Program-made: the position numbers and the translations under genes
Notes under the pieces: model-generated
Database searches by the model: none
What the model saw: only the letters and a program-made list of their open reading frames with translations
Told to the model about the DNA's origin: nothing
Shown here: positions 37,309 through 46,421 of the stretch, one piece after another
How positions within the stretch are numbered: the first letter of the stretch is position 1
How the letters are laid out: the number at the start of each line of letters is the position of its first letter
NCBI GenBank assembly: GCA_001464375.1
Contig: LNEW01000220.1
Coordinates: forward strand, 1,228 to 65,227
Source of the DNA: Rhodospirillales bacterium Ga0074136
GTDB lineage: Bacteria > Pseudomonadota > Alphaproteobacteria > Acetobacterales > Acetobacteraceae
Reading direction: 5' to 3'
DNA length: 64,000 nt

Positions 37309-38811
37309 TCAGGCCGTCCTGACGAAGGCCGCGCCTGCCGGCACCACCTGGTCGAGCAGCTTGGCCGAGGAGATCACCCCCGGCACGCCGGCGCCCGGAT
37401 GCGTGCCCGCGCCCACCAGGAACAGGTTCGCCACTTCCTCGCTGACATTGTGCGGGCGGAACCAGGCGCTCTGGAACAGTTGTGGTTCAAGGGCGAAGGC
37501 CGCGCCGTTCACCGAGAGCAGTCGGTCGCGGAAATCCTGCGGCGTCATGACGCGGGAAGTCACCAGCGCCTCGCCCAGGCCGGGCAGCACGGTGTCCTCC
37601 AGGCGCTTCTGGATCGCGGCGCGATAGGGCTCCGCCTTCGTTGCCCAATCCGTGCCGCTGCCCAGATGCGGCACCGGCGCCAGCACGTAGAAGGAATCGC
37701 AGCCCTCCGGCGCCAGCGACGGATCGGTGGCCGAGGGCCGGTGCAGGTACAGGCTGAAATCGTCCGACAGGTGCTTGCGCGTGAAGATGTCGCGCAGCAA
37801 TTCGCCGTAGCGCGGGCCGAGCACCATGGTGTGGTGATACACATCCTCGTAGCGCCGCTTCGTGCCGAAATACCAGACGAACAGGCTCATGGAGTACCGC
37901 GCGCGCGCGATCTTGCGGTCGGTCCAGCGGCGCCGCTTGTGGTGGCCGAGCAACTTCGAATAGGTCCAGGCCACGTCGGCATTCGAGACCACGATGTCGG
38001 CCGCGATCCGCTCGCCCGATTCCAGCGTCACGCCGGTGGCGCGGCCCTGGTCCACCTCGATGCGGGCGACCTCGGCATTGCAGCGCAGCGTGCCGCCCAA
38101 CCCATCGATCAGCCCGACCATGCCCTGCACCACCGCCCCCATCCCGCCCATCGCGTAGTGCACGCCGTGCATGCGTTCCAGATGCGCGATCAGGCAGTAG
38201 TAGGCCGTGGTGGTCAGCGGGTTGCCGCCGATCAGCAGCGGATGCTCATTCGAGAAGTAGTCGCTGACGCGCGAATAGACCGTGCGGTAGCCCTGCAGCC
38301 GGATCATGTCCGGCGCCGCCTTCAGCAGCGTGCCGAGGCGATGGAACGGGCGGTCGGCGAGCTCCTCGAAGGCGACCTTGTAGATGCGCTCGCTCTCGAG
38401 GATGAAGCGTTCGAAGCCGGCCAGGTCCTCGGGCGCGATGCGGCGGATCTCGGCGCGCGTCGCCTCGATGTCGGCGGAACAGCGCATCACCGTGCCGTCG
38501 TCGAAGCGGATGAAGTAGAACGGGTTCATCTCCCGCAGGTCGACGTCATCCGACAGACGCCGTCCCGCCAGCGCCCACAGTTCCTCGAGCAGGTAGGGCG
38601 CGGTGATGATGGTGGGGCCGGCATCGAAGGTGAAGCCGTCCTGGCGGAACACATAGGCGCGCCCGCCCGACGCATCGAGCTTCTCCAGCACCGTCACGCG
38701 CCAGCCGCGCGCACCCAGGCGGATCGCGGCAGCCAGGCCGCCGAAGCCGGATCCGATCACCACCGCATGCGGGCGTGTGTCGCGGGGTGTCTCGTTGCCG
38801 TCGCGCGCCAT
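37309..38811 (-). CDS. crtI: phytoene desaturase (apparently carrying an 8-aa internal deletion)
   Basis: 500-aa ORF: HAVVIGSGFGGLAAAIRL...GGRAYVFRQDGFTFDAGPTIIT...SLFVWYFG...FSLYLHRPSATDPSLAPEGC...NLFLVGAGTHPGAGVPGV. See the finding on the missing LRQAFSFH block. Confidence 0.9.
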   Translation of the reverse strand: MARDGNETPRDTRPHAVVIGSGFGGLAAAIRLGARGWRVTVLEKLDASGGRAYVFRQDGFTFDAGPTIITAPYLLEELWALAGRRLSDDVDLREMNPFYFIRFDDGTVMRCSADIEATRAEIRRIAPEDLAGFERFILESERIYKVAFEELADRPFHRLGTLLKAAPDMIRLQGYRTVYSRVSDYFSNEHPLLIGGNPLTTTAYYCLIAHLERMHGVHYAMGGMGAVVQGMVGLIDGLGGTLRCNAEVARIEVDQGRATGVTLESGERIAADIVVSNADVAWTYSKLLGHHKRRRWTDRKIARARYSMSLFVWYFGTKRRYEDVYHHTMVLGPRYGELLRDIFTRKHLSDDFSLYLHRPSATDPSLAPEGCDSFYVLAPVPHLGSGTDWATKAEPYRAAIQKRLEDTVLPGLGEALVTSRVMTPQDFRDRLLSVNGAAFALEPQLFQSAWFRPHNVSEEVANLFLVGAGTHPGAGVPGVISSAKLLDQVVPAGAAFVRTA

Positions 38812-38825
38812 GCGTCAGGCCTCCG

Positions 38826-38861
38826 GAAAGAAAAAGGGGGGAGCGGACATGCCGCTCCCCC
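38826..38861 (-). terminator. Rho-independent-type terminator after pufC
   Basis: On the minus strand: GGGGGAGCGG-catgt-CCGCTCCCCC (10-bp perfect stem) followed by TTTTTCTTTCC. Lies between the pufC stop (38906) and the crtI RBS/ATG (38811). Confidence 0.7.
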
Positions 38862-38905
38862 TACCTACCCCCGACGGCAACCGGGGAGTGGCGTCGCCGC
38901 CGTCA

Positions 38906-40012
38906 TCACTGCGGCACGAGAGCTGCCGACCGGGCAGGCCCACCGCTGATTGCGCGCAGTTCGGGATAGTCCTGGAGCATCGGGGCGCCGTTGAGCGGCT
39001 TGTTCAGTCCCCGATGGCAAGTCGAGCAGTTCACCATCAGCGCATCGCCGGCCGGACCCAGGCGCGCGACGCGCGGACCGGCTTCCGGCGGCCCATTCGG
39101 ATTGGCCGCCCAGAGCGGTTGCAGGGGCGTGATGTAGTTGACGTTGATCTCCCGCACCATGCGGATGCCGTGCCAGGCGCTTGCGCGCGCGGGAGGGCTG
39201 CTTTCCCAGGCCGAGAAGGACCGGCTGTTATGGCAGAAGGTGCAATTGACCCCGAGGCTCGAGGACATGTGCATCATCAGCGCGTAGGTGCCCTCGGTCT
39301 GCTGGATGCTGGTGGTGTTGTAGCGCGGCAGCGAAGTCTGGCTGATCACGCGGATATTGGTGTCGCGCAGCAGGTAGGGCGTGAACGGATCGACCGGCAT
39401 GGACGACAGGCCGGCCGCCGGCGAGACCCGGTTCTGCCCGGTCTGCGCCTGCAGGCCATGCTGCGGCAGCACCGGCGCGGACCACACCGCGGACGGCACC
39501 GGCTGGCCGCGGTGGCAGGTGTAGCAGGTGACGCCAGCGCCTTCGGTGCCGCCGAAATGCGGCACCCAGTCATTGTTGATGGTGCGCACCATCTGCAGCA
39601 TCCGGCGCGAGACCACCTTCGTATAGACCTCGTCCGAGGCCATGTTCTCGATGTTATGGCAGTAGGCGCAGCCATTGCCGGCGTCACGCACCTCCTGCGG
39701 CACGACCCATTCCGTCATGGTCTGCATGATGCGCAGGAACTGCGCATTCGACAGGTCACCCAGGAGCTGGACGTTCTGGTACAGCGTGCTCGCGCGGTCC
39801 CCGTCATTGTCGGCGGCCTCGGGCGCCTCGGGCACCTGGTTGGCCGCCACCGTGGTGGCCCGCAGGCGCGGATTGACCACCGTGCCCATGGACGTGCCGC
39901 GGAAGCCGCCCTGCGTGGTTTCCACCGGGGGCCGTTCGAAGGTCGGCACCAGGATCGCCGCGAGGACGAGGGCGCCGACAGCCGCCCCCACCTTGAGGTT
40001 GAAGGTGCTCAT
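38906..40012 (-). CDS. pufC: photosynthetic reaction-centre tetraheme cytochrome c subunit
   Basis: Inner start [22 protein letters not shown] of ORF 38906..40177. Four CxxCH motifs (CAYCH, CYTCH, CTFCH, CSTCH). ATGA overlap with the pufM stop. Confidence 0.93.
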   Translation of the reverse strand: MSTFNLKVGAAVGALVLAAILVPTFERPPVETTQGGFRGTSMGTVVNPRLRATTVAANQVPEAPEAADNDGDRASTLYQNVQLLGDLSNAQFLRIMQTMTEWVVPQEVRDAGNGCAYCHNIENMASDEVYTKVVSRRMLQMVRTINNDWVPHFGGTEGAGVTCYTCHRGQPVPSAVWSAPVLPQHGLQAQTGQNRVSPAAGLSSMPVDPFTPYLLRDTNIRVISQTSLPRYNTTSIQQTEGTYALMMHMSSSLGVNCTFCHNSRSFSAWESSPPARASAWHGIRMVREINVNYITPLQPLWAANPNGPPEAGPRVARLGPAGDALMVNCSTCHRGLNKPLNGAPMLQDYPELRAISGGPARSAALVPQ

Positions 40013-40989
40013 CGCGCCGCTCCCTGCGTGATGGAAGGATCGACCGTCGCCGGCCACGTCGTCGGGTAGGCCGGGGCGAAGTGGCGATCGACAGCCCAGA
40101 GGTACCAGTTGTCGACCACCGTGCCGGTCAGCAGGATGCCGATGCCCCCCGCGATGGGACACAGCACCGCGAACCACCAGGCCCAGCGATGGATGCTCTC
40201 GAAGGTGGCGTTGAAGCCCATTGTCCAGCGCCAGAACAATCCACCGCGTTCGGCCGCGGTGCCGCGGTTCAGCGTGAGCTCGATCTCGCGCTCACCGCCG
40301 TAGCGGCCCAGGGCCAGGATCGTCGCGCCGTGCATCGCGAACAGCAGGGTCGACCCGTACAGGAAGACGATGCTGAGCGCATGGAAGGGATTGTAGAACA
40401 GGTTCCCGTACCGGATCGAGAACGCCGCGGTCCAATCGAGGTGCGGGAAGATGCCGAAGGGCACCGCCTCGCTCCAGGAGCCCATGGCGATCGGGCGGAT
40501 GAAGCCCAGCACCAGGTACAACCAGATGGCGGCGGCGAAGGCCCAGGCCACATGCGTGCCCATCCCCAGCGCGCGTGCCCGGCGGTAGGTGCGCACCCAC
40601 CAAAGCAGGATCGACAGGGTCAGGAAGAAGCCTGCCATCAGCCACCAGCCGCCTTCGCGCAGCGGCGGGAAGCGCAGCCCCCATTGCGGGCCCGGCGGCT
40701 CGAGCGCCAGCCAGAACAGCTGCCGGATGAACTGCACCGGGTTCCAGTTCACCGAGGCGAGCATGTTCAGCCCGATGATCTCGAAGGCGATGAAGCCGAA
40801 CAGCAGCGACAGGATGCCGGTGTAGCCGAGGTAGATCGGCCCGATCTGCGCATCGCCGAGCCGCCCGAACAGATGGACTTCCGTCGGCTTGCCGTCGCGC
40901 GCGTCATTGTCGGGACCGAGCGGGATGCCCGGGTAGGGGCTCGGTCCGCGGACCTGCACCCGGGTGAAGATGTTTTGGTATTCGGCCAT
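40009..40989 (-). CDS. pufM: photosynthetic reaction-centre M subunit
   Basis: 326-aa ORF: [16 protein letters not shown]...[17 protein letters not shown]...[30 protein letters not shown]...[11 protein letters not shown]. Confidence 0.98.
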   Translation of the reverse strand: MAEYQNIFTRVQVRGPSPYPGIPLGPDNDARDGKPTEVHLFGRLGDAQIGPIYLGYTGILSLLFGFIAFEIIGLNMLASVNWNPVQFIRQLFWLALEPPGPQWGLRFPPLREGGWWLMAGFFLTLSILLWWVRTYRRARALGMGTHVAWAFAAAIWLYLVLGFIRPIAMGSWSEAVPFGIFPHLDWTAAFSIRYGNLFYNPFHALSIVFLYGSTLLFAMHGATILALGRYGGEREIELTLNRGTAAERGGLFWRWTMGFNATFESIHRWAWWFAVLCPIAGGIGILLTGTVVDNWYLWAVDRHFAPAYPTTWPATVDPSITQGAAR

Positions 40990-41011
40990 GGTGTCCGCCC
41001 TTTCCTTCGCG

Positions 41012-41836
41012 TCAGGACCAGATCGGCAGGTTCAGCCACCAGCCCCACCATTCGGGCCAGCCGCGCGTCCAGAAGGGACCGCTGATGACAATGCACACGG
41101 CGCTCCAGAACCCGGCCGAGAGTGCCAGGAACAGCCCCAGGCGGTGGATGCCCAGCGTGCCGATCGAGTAGCCGATGAAGTCGCGGAAGAAGGTGTTCTC
41201 GTGCTCGGGCGACTTCACCGGCTCGCCTTCCGGCGGGTTCAGGGCCGAGAGCACCAGGCCACCATGCAGCGACAGCGCGAAGGTCGTCGTGAAGAAGAAC
41301 GACACCGCGATCATGTGCGCCGGGTTGTAGTGGAAGTGCAGGTACTGGTAGCCGACATTGGAAACCCAATCGAGGTGGCTCCAGATGCCGTAGGGGAACG
41401 CGTGCCCCCAACCGCCCATCAGCACGGGGCGGATCACCACCAGCGTGATGTAGGCGAAGACCGCCACGCCGTAGGCAATCGGGATGTGGTAGCCCATGCC
41501 GAGCTTTCGGCTGATCTCCGCCTGGCGCAACGCCCAGGAGACGAAGGCGCCGATCGCACAGATGGTGATCATCTGCCACAGCCCGCCTTCGCGCATCGGC
41601 GCGAGACGCAGCCCGTAGGAGAGATCCGGCGGCGCGATGTTGATCAGCCACGGGTTCCAGGTGCCCTGGATCGCCGCGCCCATCAGGATCAGCCCCGTGC
41701 CCACGAGGCTGAAGAAAATCGTGGTGACGCCGAAGAAGCCGACCCAGAACGGTCCGACCCAGAAGTCGAACAGATCGCCGCCGACCAGGGTGCCACCGCG
41801 GACGCGGTATTTGCGCTCGAAACTCAGCATGGCCAT
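41012..41836 (-). CDS. pufL: photosynthetic reaction-centre L subunit
   Basis: 274-aa ORF: [36 protein letters not shown]...[16 protein letters not shown]...[13 protein letters not shown]. Confidence 0.98.
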   Translation of the reverse strand: MAMLSFERKYRVRGGTLVGGDLFDFWVGPFWVGFFGVTTIFFSLVGTGLILMGAAIQGTWNPWLINIAPPDLSYGLRLAPMREGGLWQMITICAIGAFVSWALRQAEISRKLGMGYHIPIAYGVAVFAYITLVVIRPVLMGGWGHAFPYGIWSHLDWVSNVGYQYLHFHYNPAHMIAVSFFFTTTFALSLHGGLVLSALNPPEGEPVKSPEHENTFFRDFIGYSIGTLGIHRLGLFLALSAGFWSAVCIVISGPFWTRGWPEWWGWWLNLPIWS

Positions 41837-41900
41837 CGCTTCAACTCCTCCCTCCGGCGGGTGCGTCCCGCCTTCCGGTCACGGCCTTCTTCGGATGTGC

Positions 41901-41928
41901 GGGCGAGGCCCCGTGCGGGGCCTCGCCC
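41901..41928 (-). other. intercistronic mRNA stem-loop between pufA and pufL
   Basis: Perfect 12-bp stem gggcgaggcccc-gtgc-ggggcctcgccc. Same position as the puf mRNA hairpins known to stabilise the pufBA segment in Rhodobacter. Confidence 0.75.
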
Positions 41929-41960
41929 AGTCCGCCGCTATGCGGCGTGGGTCGCGGGTA

Positions 41961-42140
41961 TCAGCCCCCGACCCGCTGGCCGGGCACGAAGGTCGGCGTC
42001 GTCGCGCACCAACCCAGGTGGTCGCAGTAGCGCGGCGAGCTGAGCACGGCGAAGTGAATGACCGCCGCAACGGCCACCACACCAGCCGCGCCGAGGAAAC
42101 CCACGCGACGTGCGTCGATCACCATCCAGATCTTATGCAT
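41961..42140 (-). CDS. pufA: light-harvesting 1 (B870-type) alpha polypeptide
   Basis: Below the ORF-track size cut-off; own translation: MHKIWMVIDARRVGFLGAAGVVAVAAVIHFAVLSSPRYCDHLGWCATTPTFVPGQRVGG (59 aa). Canonical K/RIW..DPRR-like N-terminus and BChl-ligand His in IHF. Confidence 0.9.
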   Translation of the reverse strand: MHKIWMVIDARRVGFLGAAGVVAVAAVIHFAVLSSPRYCDHLGWCATTPTFVPGQRVGG

Positions 42141-42167
42141 GCTCTATTTCCCTTTCCCGTGCCGGCT

Positions 42168-42344
42168 TCAGAAGAAGCGCCAGTCGGGCGGGACCATCTG
42201 GCCGGTGTAGACCAGTGGCCTCCAGAGCCAGACGAGGATATGAGCGCCCATGGAGGCGAAGACCGCGAAAACCCAGCCCTGGACAACCAGGGAATGGACT
42301 TCGCGGGCTTGCTCCTCCGTCAGACGCGTACGTGCTTCGGTCAT
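42168..42344 (-). CDS. pufB: light-harvesting 1 (B870-type) beta polypeptide
   Basis: Own translation: MTEARTRLTEEQAREVHSLVVQGWVFAVFASMGAHILVWLWRPLVYTGQMVPPDWRFF (58 aa). RBS GGAGG 7 nt upstream. LTEEQAxExH and AHxLxWxWRP motifs. Confidence 0.9.
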   Translation of the reverse strand: MTEARTRLTEEQAREVHSLVVQGWVFAVFASMGAHILVWLWRPLVYTGQMVPPDWRFF

Positions 42345-42480
42345 TGGGAGACCTCCACAGTCGCCTTGCGGCGGTTACCGCGCATATCCCGCGCGGCTGG
42401 GATCGCCCGGACGGCAAGCCGCCCTGGTCGAGTGGTGGCGTGCGCCGCGAGGCGGGCACGCGATGGGGTCCGGAGCGACG

Positions 42481-43917
42481 TCACACGCCCTCCAGTTCAA
42501 GGCTGAGCGCCACGCGCCCGGCGGTGACGCTATCTTCCTGCGCCGCGCGCGCGTCACGTTCGATGCGTTCGCGCAGGCGCTTGGCGGCCGAGATGCGCAG
42601 CAGGAAGGGTTCGCTCTCGACCAGGCGGTCGAGCAGCGCGACCGCCTCGGGCTCCCAGCGTTCGCTCGGCCGCGCCGGCGTCGGTTCCACCTTGTCCATC
42701 TCGGTCGCGAGCGGAAGAATGTGGAACAGCGCGTCGAACAGCGCGTTGCAGTATTCCTGCACGACGTAGGTCGCGCCGGCGTAGCCCATGAAGGGCGTGC
42801 CGGTGGCGCGGCGGATGATCGCGCCTGGGAAGGATGCCGGGATGTAGGCGGCGCGGCAGCCGGCTTCCTGCGCGTACATCCGTTCGTTGAAGGACCCGAA
42901 GATCACCAGCGACGGCTTGGCCTTGATGGCGTCGCGCACCGCCTGGTTGTCGGGCTTCTCGCCGGGCTTGCGCGCGAAGGAGAAGGCGCATGGCACGCCC
43001 ATCTCATCCGACAGGAAGCGCGTCAGGCCGCGCGTGTAGGTCTCGGTCGCGTGCACGCCGAAGGCGGCGGTGGCGAAGAAATCCTGCGTGACGGACCGCC
43101 AGAGGTCCCAGATCGGCTTGATGGTGGAGTGCTTCTCGCGCTCGATGAAAGGCTCGGCGTCGAGGCCGGTGAGCTCGCCCAGCTTGCGCAGGAAATTCGT
43201 GGTGGCGAAGATCCCGAAGGGCGCCATCAGGTAGGGGCGCTCCAGGGTCTCGCACAGCCGCCGCCCGAACTCCCGGTACATGCAGACGTTCACATCGGCA
43301 TCGGGCAGCTTGCCGATGTCCTCGACATGGCTGCCGAGCGGGAAGACCAGGTTGATCTCGCACCCGATGCCCTCGACCAGCCTGCGGATCTCCGCGAGGT
43401 CCGAGGGCATGTTGAAGGTGCCGTAGATCGGCCCGATGATGTTGACGCGCGGACGCTCGCCATCCTTGCGGACACGCGGCTTGATCTTGCCGCGCTTGGC
43501 GCCGAATTCGGTCCACAGCCAGTTGATGGCGCGGTCGGCGGATTGCCACTGGTCCTCGTCGATGGTGCGCGGGATGAAGCGCTGCAGGTTCGATCCCTGC
43601 GGCGTGACACCGCCGCCGATCATCTCGGCGATTGACCCGGTCACCACCACCGCGGGCAGGTCTGGGTCCTGCGTGGCGGCGGCGCGCTTCATCGGGCCTT
43701 CGGTGCCGGTCTGCGACAGCGCGCCTTCATCCAGGCCGGTCACCACGATCGGCAGTTCATGCGGCGGCAGCGCATCGGTGTAGTGCAGCACCGCCGTCAC
43801 CGGCAGGTTCTCGCAGCCGACCGGCCCGTCGATGATCACGCGCAGCCCGCGCACGGCGGAGAAGGCGTAGACCGCGCCCCAGTAGCCCCCTGCCCGGTCG
43901 TGATCGAGGACGAGCAT
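42481..43917 (-). CDS. bchZ: chlorophyllide a reductase subunit Z
   Basis: Inner start [22 protein letters not shown] of ORF 42481..44340. Nitrogenase NifK/BchB-like; position bchXYZ-puf. Confidence 0.93.
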   Translation of the reverse strand: MLVLDHDRAGGYWGAVYAFSAVRGLRVIIDGPVGCENLPVTAVLHYTDALPPHELPIVVTGLDEGALSQTGTEGPMKRAAATQDPDLPAVVVTGSIAEMIGGGVTPQGSNLQRFIPRTIDEDQWQSADRAINWLWTEFGAKRGKIKPRVRKDGERPRVNIIGPIYGTFNMPSDLAEIRRLVEGIGCEINLVFPLGSHVEDIGKLPDADVNVCMYREFGRRLCETLERPYLMAPFGIFATTNFLRKLGELTGLDAEPFIEREKHSTIKPIWDLWRSVTQDFFATAAFGVHATETYTRGLTRFLSDEMGVPCAFSFARKPGEKPDNQAVRDAIKAKPSLVIFGSFNERMYAQEAGCRAAYIPASFPGAIIRRATGTPFMGYAGATYVVQEYCNALFDALFHILPLATEMDKVEPTPARPSERWEPEAVALLDRLVESEPFLLRISAAKRLRERIERDARAAQEDSVTAGRVALSLELEGV

Positions 43918-43919
43918 GC

Positions 43920-45434
43920 TCAGGTCCCCACCGCTTCTTCGGCCTTGGCCTTCGCGGCGCGCAGCTTGCGCTGGCGTTCGCGGAAGCCTGGCGGATCGGT
44001 GGGTTTCTCGCGGAAGCCGTAGCCGGCGCCATCGGGCGTGCCGACCCCGTCGAAGAAGCCGACCATGCGCGACATGCGCTCGCGCTGCCCGGTCTGCGCG
44101 GCCACAATGCCCGCGAGCGACGCTGCGCCGGCGGGACCGAACAGCGGCCGCGCGCTCACCATGTTGGTGAAGTACAGCGCGGGAATGCCGAGTTCCTTGG
44201 CCTTCTGCACCAGCGGCGTCGTGCCAAGCGCCAGGTCCGGGCGCACATCCTTCATCGCCGCGAGATCCTGCTCGAGCGAGGCGCGGTACTGCACATGCAC
44301 CCCGCGCGCCTCGAGCCACTCGCGGTCGGCATTGCTCCATTCGGTGCGCGGGCAGGCGGTGCCGACATAGGGCACCTCGGCGCCGGCCTCGACCAGAAGC
44401 CGGGCGACCAGAAGTTCGGATCCCTCGTAGCCCGAGACCGTCACGCGCACCTTCACCGGTGCCGCGGCCAATGCACCGGCGATGGCCGGCAGGAAGCGTT
44501 GCTTCGCGGCGTCGATCTTCGCCTGCGGCAGGCCGGCCGCGGCGCCGATCGCATCAAGCCAGGCGGCCGTGCCATCGACACCGACGGGGCCGGAGCCGAC
44601 CACCGGACGTCCCGCGGCTTTGAATTCGCGGATGCTCGCCGTGTAGAAAGGATGCACCGCCGCGGCGACGACGCAGTCAAGCGCGGCATAGAGATCGCGC
44701 CACTCGCGGCACGGCGTCGACGGCGCCAGCGAAAGCCCCATCGCGCCCAGCATCGCGCCGATGCCCGGCGGATCGCCGGGGAACATCTCGCCGATCAGCG
44801 CGACGGTGGGCTCGCCCTCGACCAGGTTGCGCGGGCGCGCCACGGCGCCGGCCTCGGCCTCGCCACGCGCGTATCGCAGCATGGCACCCGCCAGCACGTC
44901 CTTGGCTTCAGCATGCGTCGGCACGCCGAAGCCTGGTACGTCGATGCCGATGATGCGCACGCCGTTGATCTGCTTCGGCAGCAATTCGAGCGGCACGCCG
45001 GAAGCGGTCGGCACACAGAGGTTCGTGATGACCACAGCGTCGTAGTCCTCGGGCCGCGCCGTGGCGTGCACCGCGTCGCGGATGTCCTCGAACAGCTTGC
45101 CGGTGACCAGCGTCTCGGAATTGAAGGGCACGTAGCCCACGGTCCGCTTCGCGCCGTAGAAGTGGCTCGTGAAGGTCAGGCCGTAGACGCAGCAGGCGCT
45201 GCCCGAAAGGATCGTCGCCACGCGCTTCATGCGCAGGCCGACGCGCAGCGACCCGAAGGCCGGGCACATGGATTGCGGCTGGTCGTGCGGACCCTTCGGA
45301 TAGTCCGCGGCCAGGCGTTCCATCGCCTCGCCCTTCCCGGCCGCGCGCGCCGCTTCCAGCATGGTCTCGCGACCACCATGGCAGCCGCCGTCACTGGCAG
45401 CGGGCGGCGCGGAGGGAGGGAGCGCGTCCATCAC
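43920..45434 (-). CDS. bchY: chlorophyllide a reductase subunit Y
   Basis: 504-aa ORF: ...[17 protein letters not shown]...[14 protein letters not shown]...; NifD/BchN-like. Lies between bchX and bchZ. Confidence 0.93.
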   Translation of the reverse strand: MMDALPPSAPPAASDGGCHGGRETMLEAARAAGKGEAMERLAADYPKGPHDQPQSMCPAFGSLRVGLRMKRVATILSGSACCVYGLTFTSHFYGAKRTVGYVPFNSETLVTGKLFEDIRDAVHATARPEDYDAVVITNLCVPTASGVPLELLPKQINGVRIIGIDVPGFGVPTHAEAKDVLAGAMLRYARGEAEAGAVARPRNLVEGEPTVALIGEMFPGDPPGIGAMLGAMGLSLAPSTPCREWRDLYAALDCVVAAAVHPFYTASIREFKAAGRPVVGSGPVGVDGTAAWLDAIGAAAGLPQAKIDAAKQRFLPAIAGALAAAPVKVRVTVSGYEGSELLVARLLVEAGAEVPYVGTACPRTEWSNADREWLEARGVHVQYRASLEQDLAAMKDVRPDLALGTTPLVQKAKELGIPALYFTNMVSARPLFGPAGAASLAGIVAAQTGQRERMSRMVGFFDGVGTPDGAGYGFREKPTDPPGFRERQRKLRAAKAKAEEAVGT

Positions 45435-46421
45435 TCAGGCGCCCTCGTAGACCACTTCGAGGGACGGCTTGGTGATCACCTCGGCGCCGCACATGTCTTC
45501 CATGGTCGCCGGGTCCAGCACCACGCCGCGGCCGACCGCCTCGCCCTTGAACAGGCCGAGCAGTTCCTCGTGCGTCAGCGGCTTCGGGCGCAGCGGCGGG
45601 GCTTCGGCCACCTGCACGCCCAGCGCCTGGAACAGCGCGCCCCACTGGCTGTCGACCGTTCCGATGATCTCGTAGTTCGCGCTTTTCCGACGGATGTCGT
45701 CATCCTGCGGAATGGCGGCGAGCACCGGAATGCCGGCCGCCTTGGCGAAGGCCGCGGCCTCCCCCGTCCCGTCATCCTTGTTCACCACCATGCCGGCGAC
45801 GCCGACATTGCCGCCGAGCTTGCGGAAATACTCCACCGCCGAGCACACGTTGTTCGCGACATAGAGCGACTGCAGGTCGTTCGACCCGACGACGATCACC
45901 TTCTGGCACATGTCGCGGGCGATCGGCAGGCCGAAGCCGCCGCACACCACGTCGCCCAGGAAGTCGAGCAGCACGTAGTCGAAGTCCCACTGGTGGAAGC
46001 CCAGCTTCTCCAGCAGTTCGAAGCCGTGGATGATACCGCGCCCGCCGCAGCCGCGGCCGACTTCCGGGCCACCCAGTTCCATCGCGAAGACGCCATCGCG
46101 CTTGAAGCAGACATCGCCGATCTGCACCTGCTCGCCGGCGAGCTTCTTCCTGGACGAGGTCTCGATGATGGTCGGGCAGGACCGCCCGCCGAACTTCGGG
46201 TCGCAGCCGATCAGCAGCACGCGCTTGCCCTGCTGCGCCATCATGTAGGACAGGTTCGCCAGCGTGAACGACTTGCCGATGCCGCCCTTGCCGTAGATGG
46301 CGATGACCTGCGCTTCCTTCTTCACCTCGCCGGCATGCACCGGATCGGGTTCGATGGCGGCTTCGGCGCGCAGCGTGGCGGCCTGGCTGGCAGCGGGGGA
46401 GAGGTCGGTCGGTGCGTTCAT
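45435..46421 (-). CDS. bchX: chlorophyllide a reductase iron-protein subunit X (apparently carrying a 7-aa deletion in the switch-I region)
   Basis: Inner start MNAPTDLSPA of ORF 45435..46592 (ATGA overlap with the bchC stop). P-loop YGKGGIGKS, cluster Cys motifs GCGGRG and VVCGGF. See the finding on CDPK|FGG. Confidence 0.92.
   Translation of the reverse strand: MNAPTDLSPAASQAATLRAEAAIEPDPVHAGEVKKEAQVIAIYGKGGIGKSFTLANLSYMMAQQGKRVLLIGCDPKFGGRSCPTIIETSSRKKLAGEQVQIGDVCFKRDGVFAMELGGPEVGRGCGGRGIIHGFELLEKLGFHQWDFDYVLLDFLGDVVCGGFGLPIARDMCQKVIVVGSNDLQSLYVANNVCSAVEYFRKLGGNVGVAGMVVNKDDGTGEAAAFAKAAGIPVLAAIPQDDDIRRKSANYEIIGTVDSQWGALFQALGVQVAEAPPLRPKPLTHEELLGLFKGEAVGRGVVLDPATMEDMCGAEVITKPSLEVVYEGA

Noticed and set aside
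41879-42082. 67-aa minus-strand ORF in the puf region
   Set aside because: It is an Arg/Pro-rich shadow frame. A different frame on the same strand encodes a canonical LH1 alpha polypeptide (41961..42140).
42345-42480. Possible pufQ or another small gene between bchZ and pufB
   Set aside because: I translated the minus strand. There is no start-to-stop ORF of useful length, no hydrophobic PufQ-like segment and no TGT-N12-ACA box. I treat it as the 5' UTR/promoter region of pufB.
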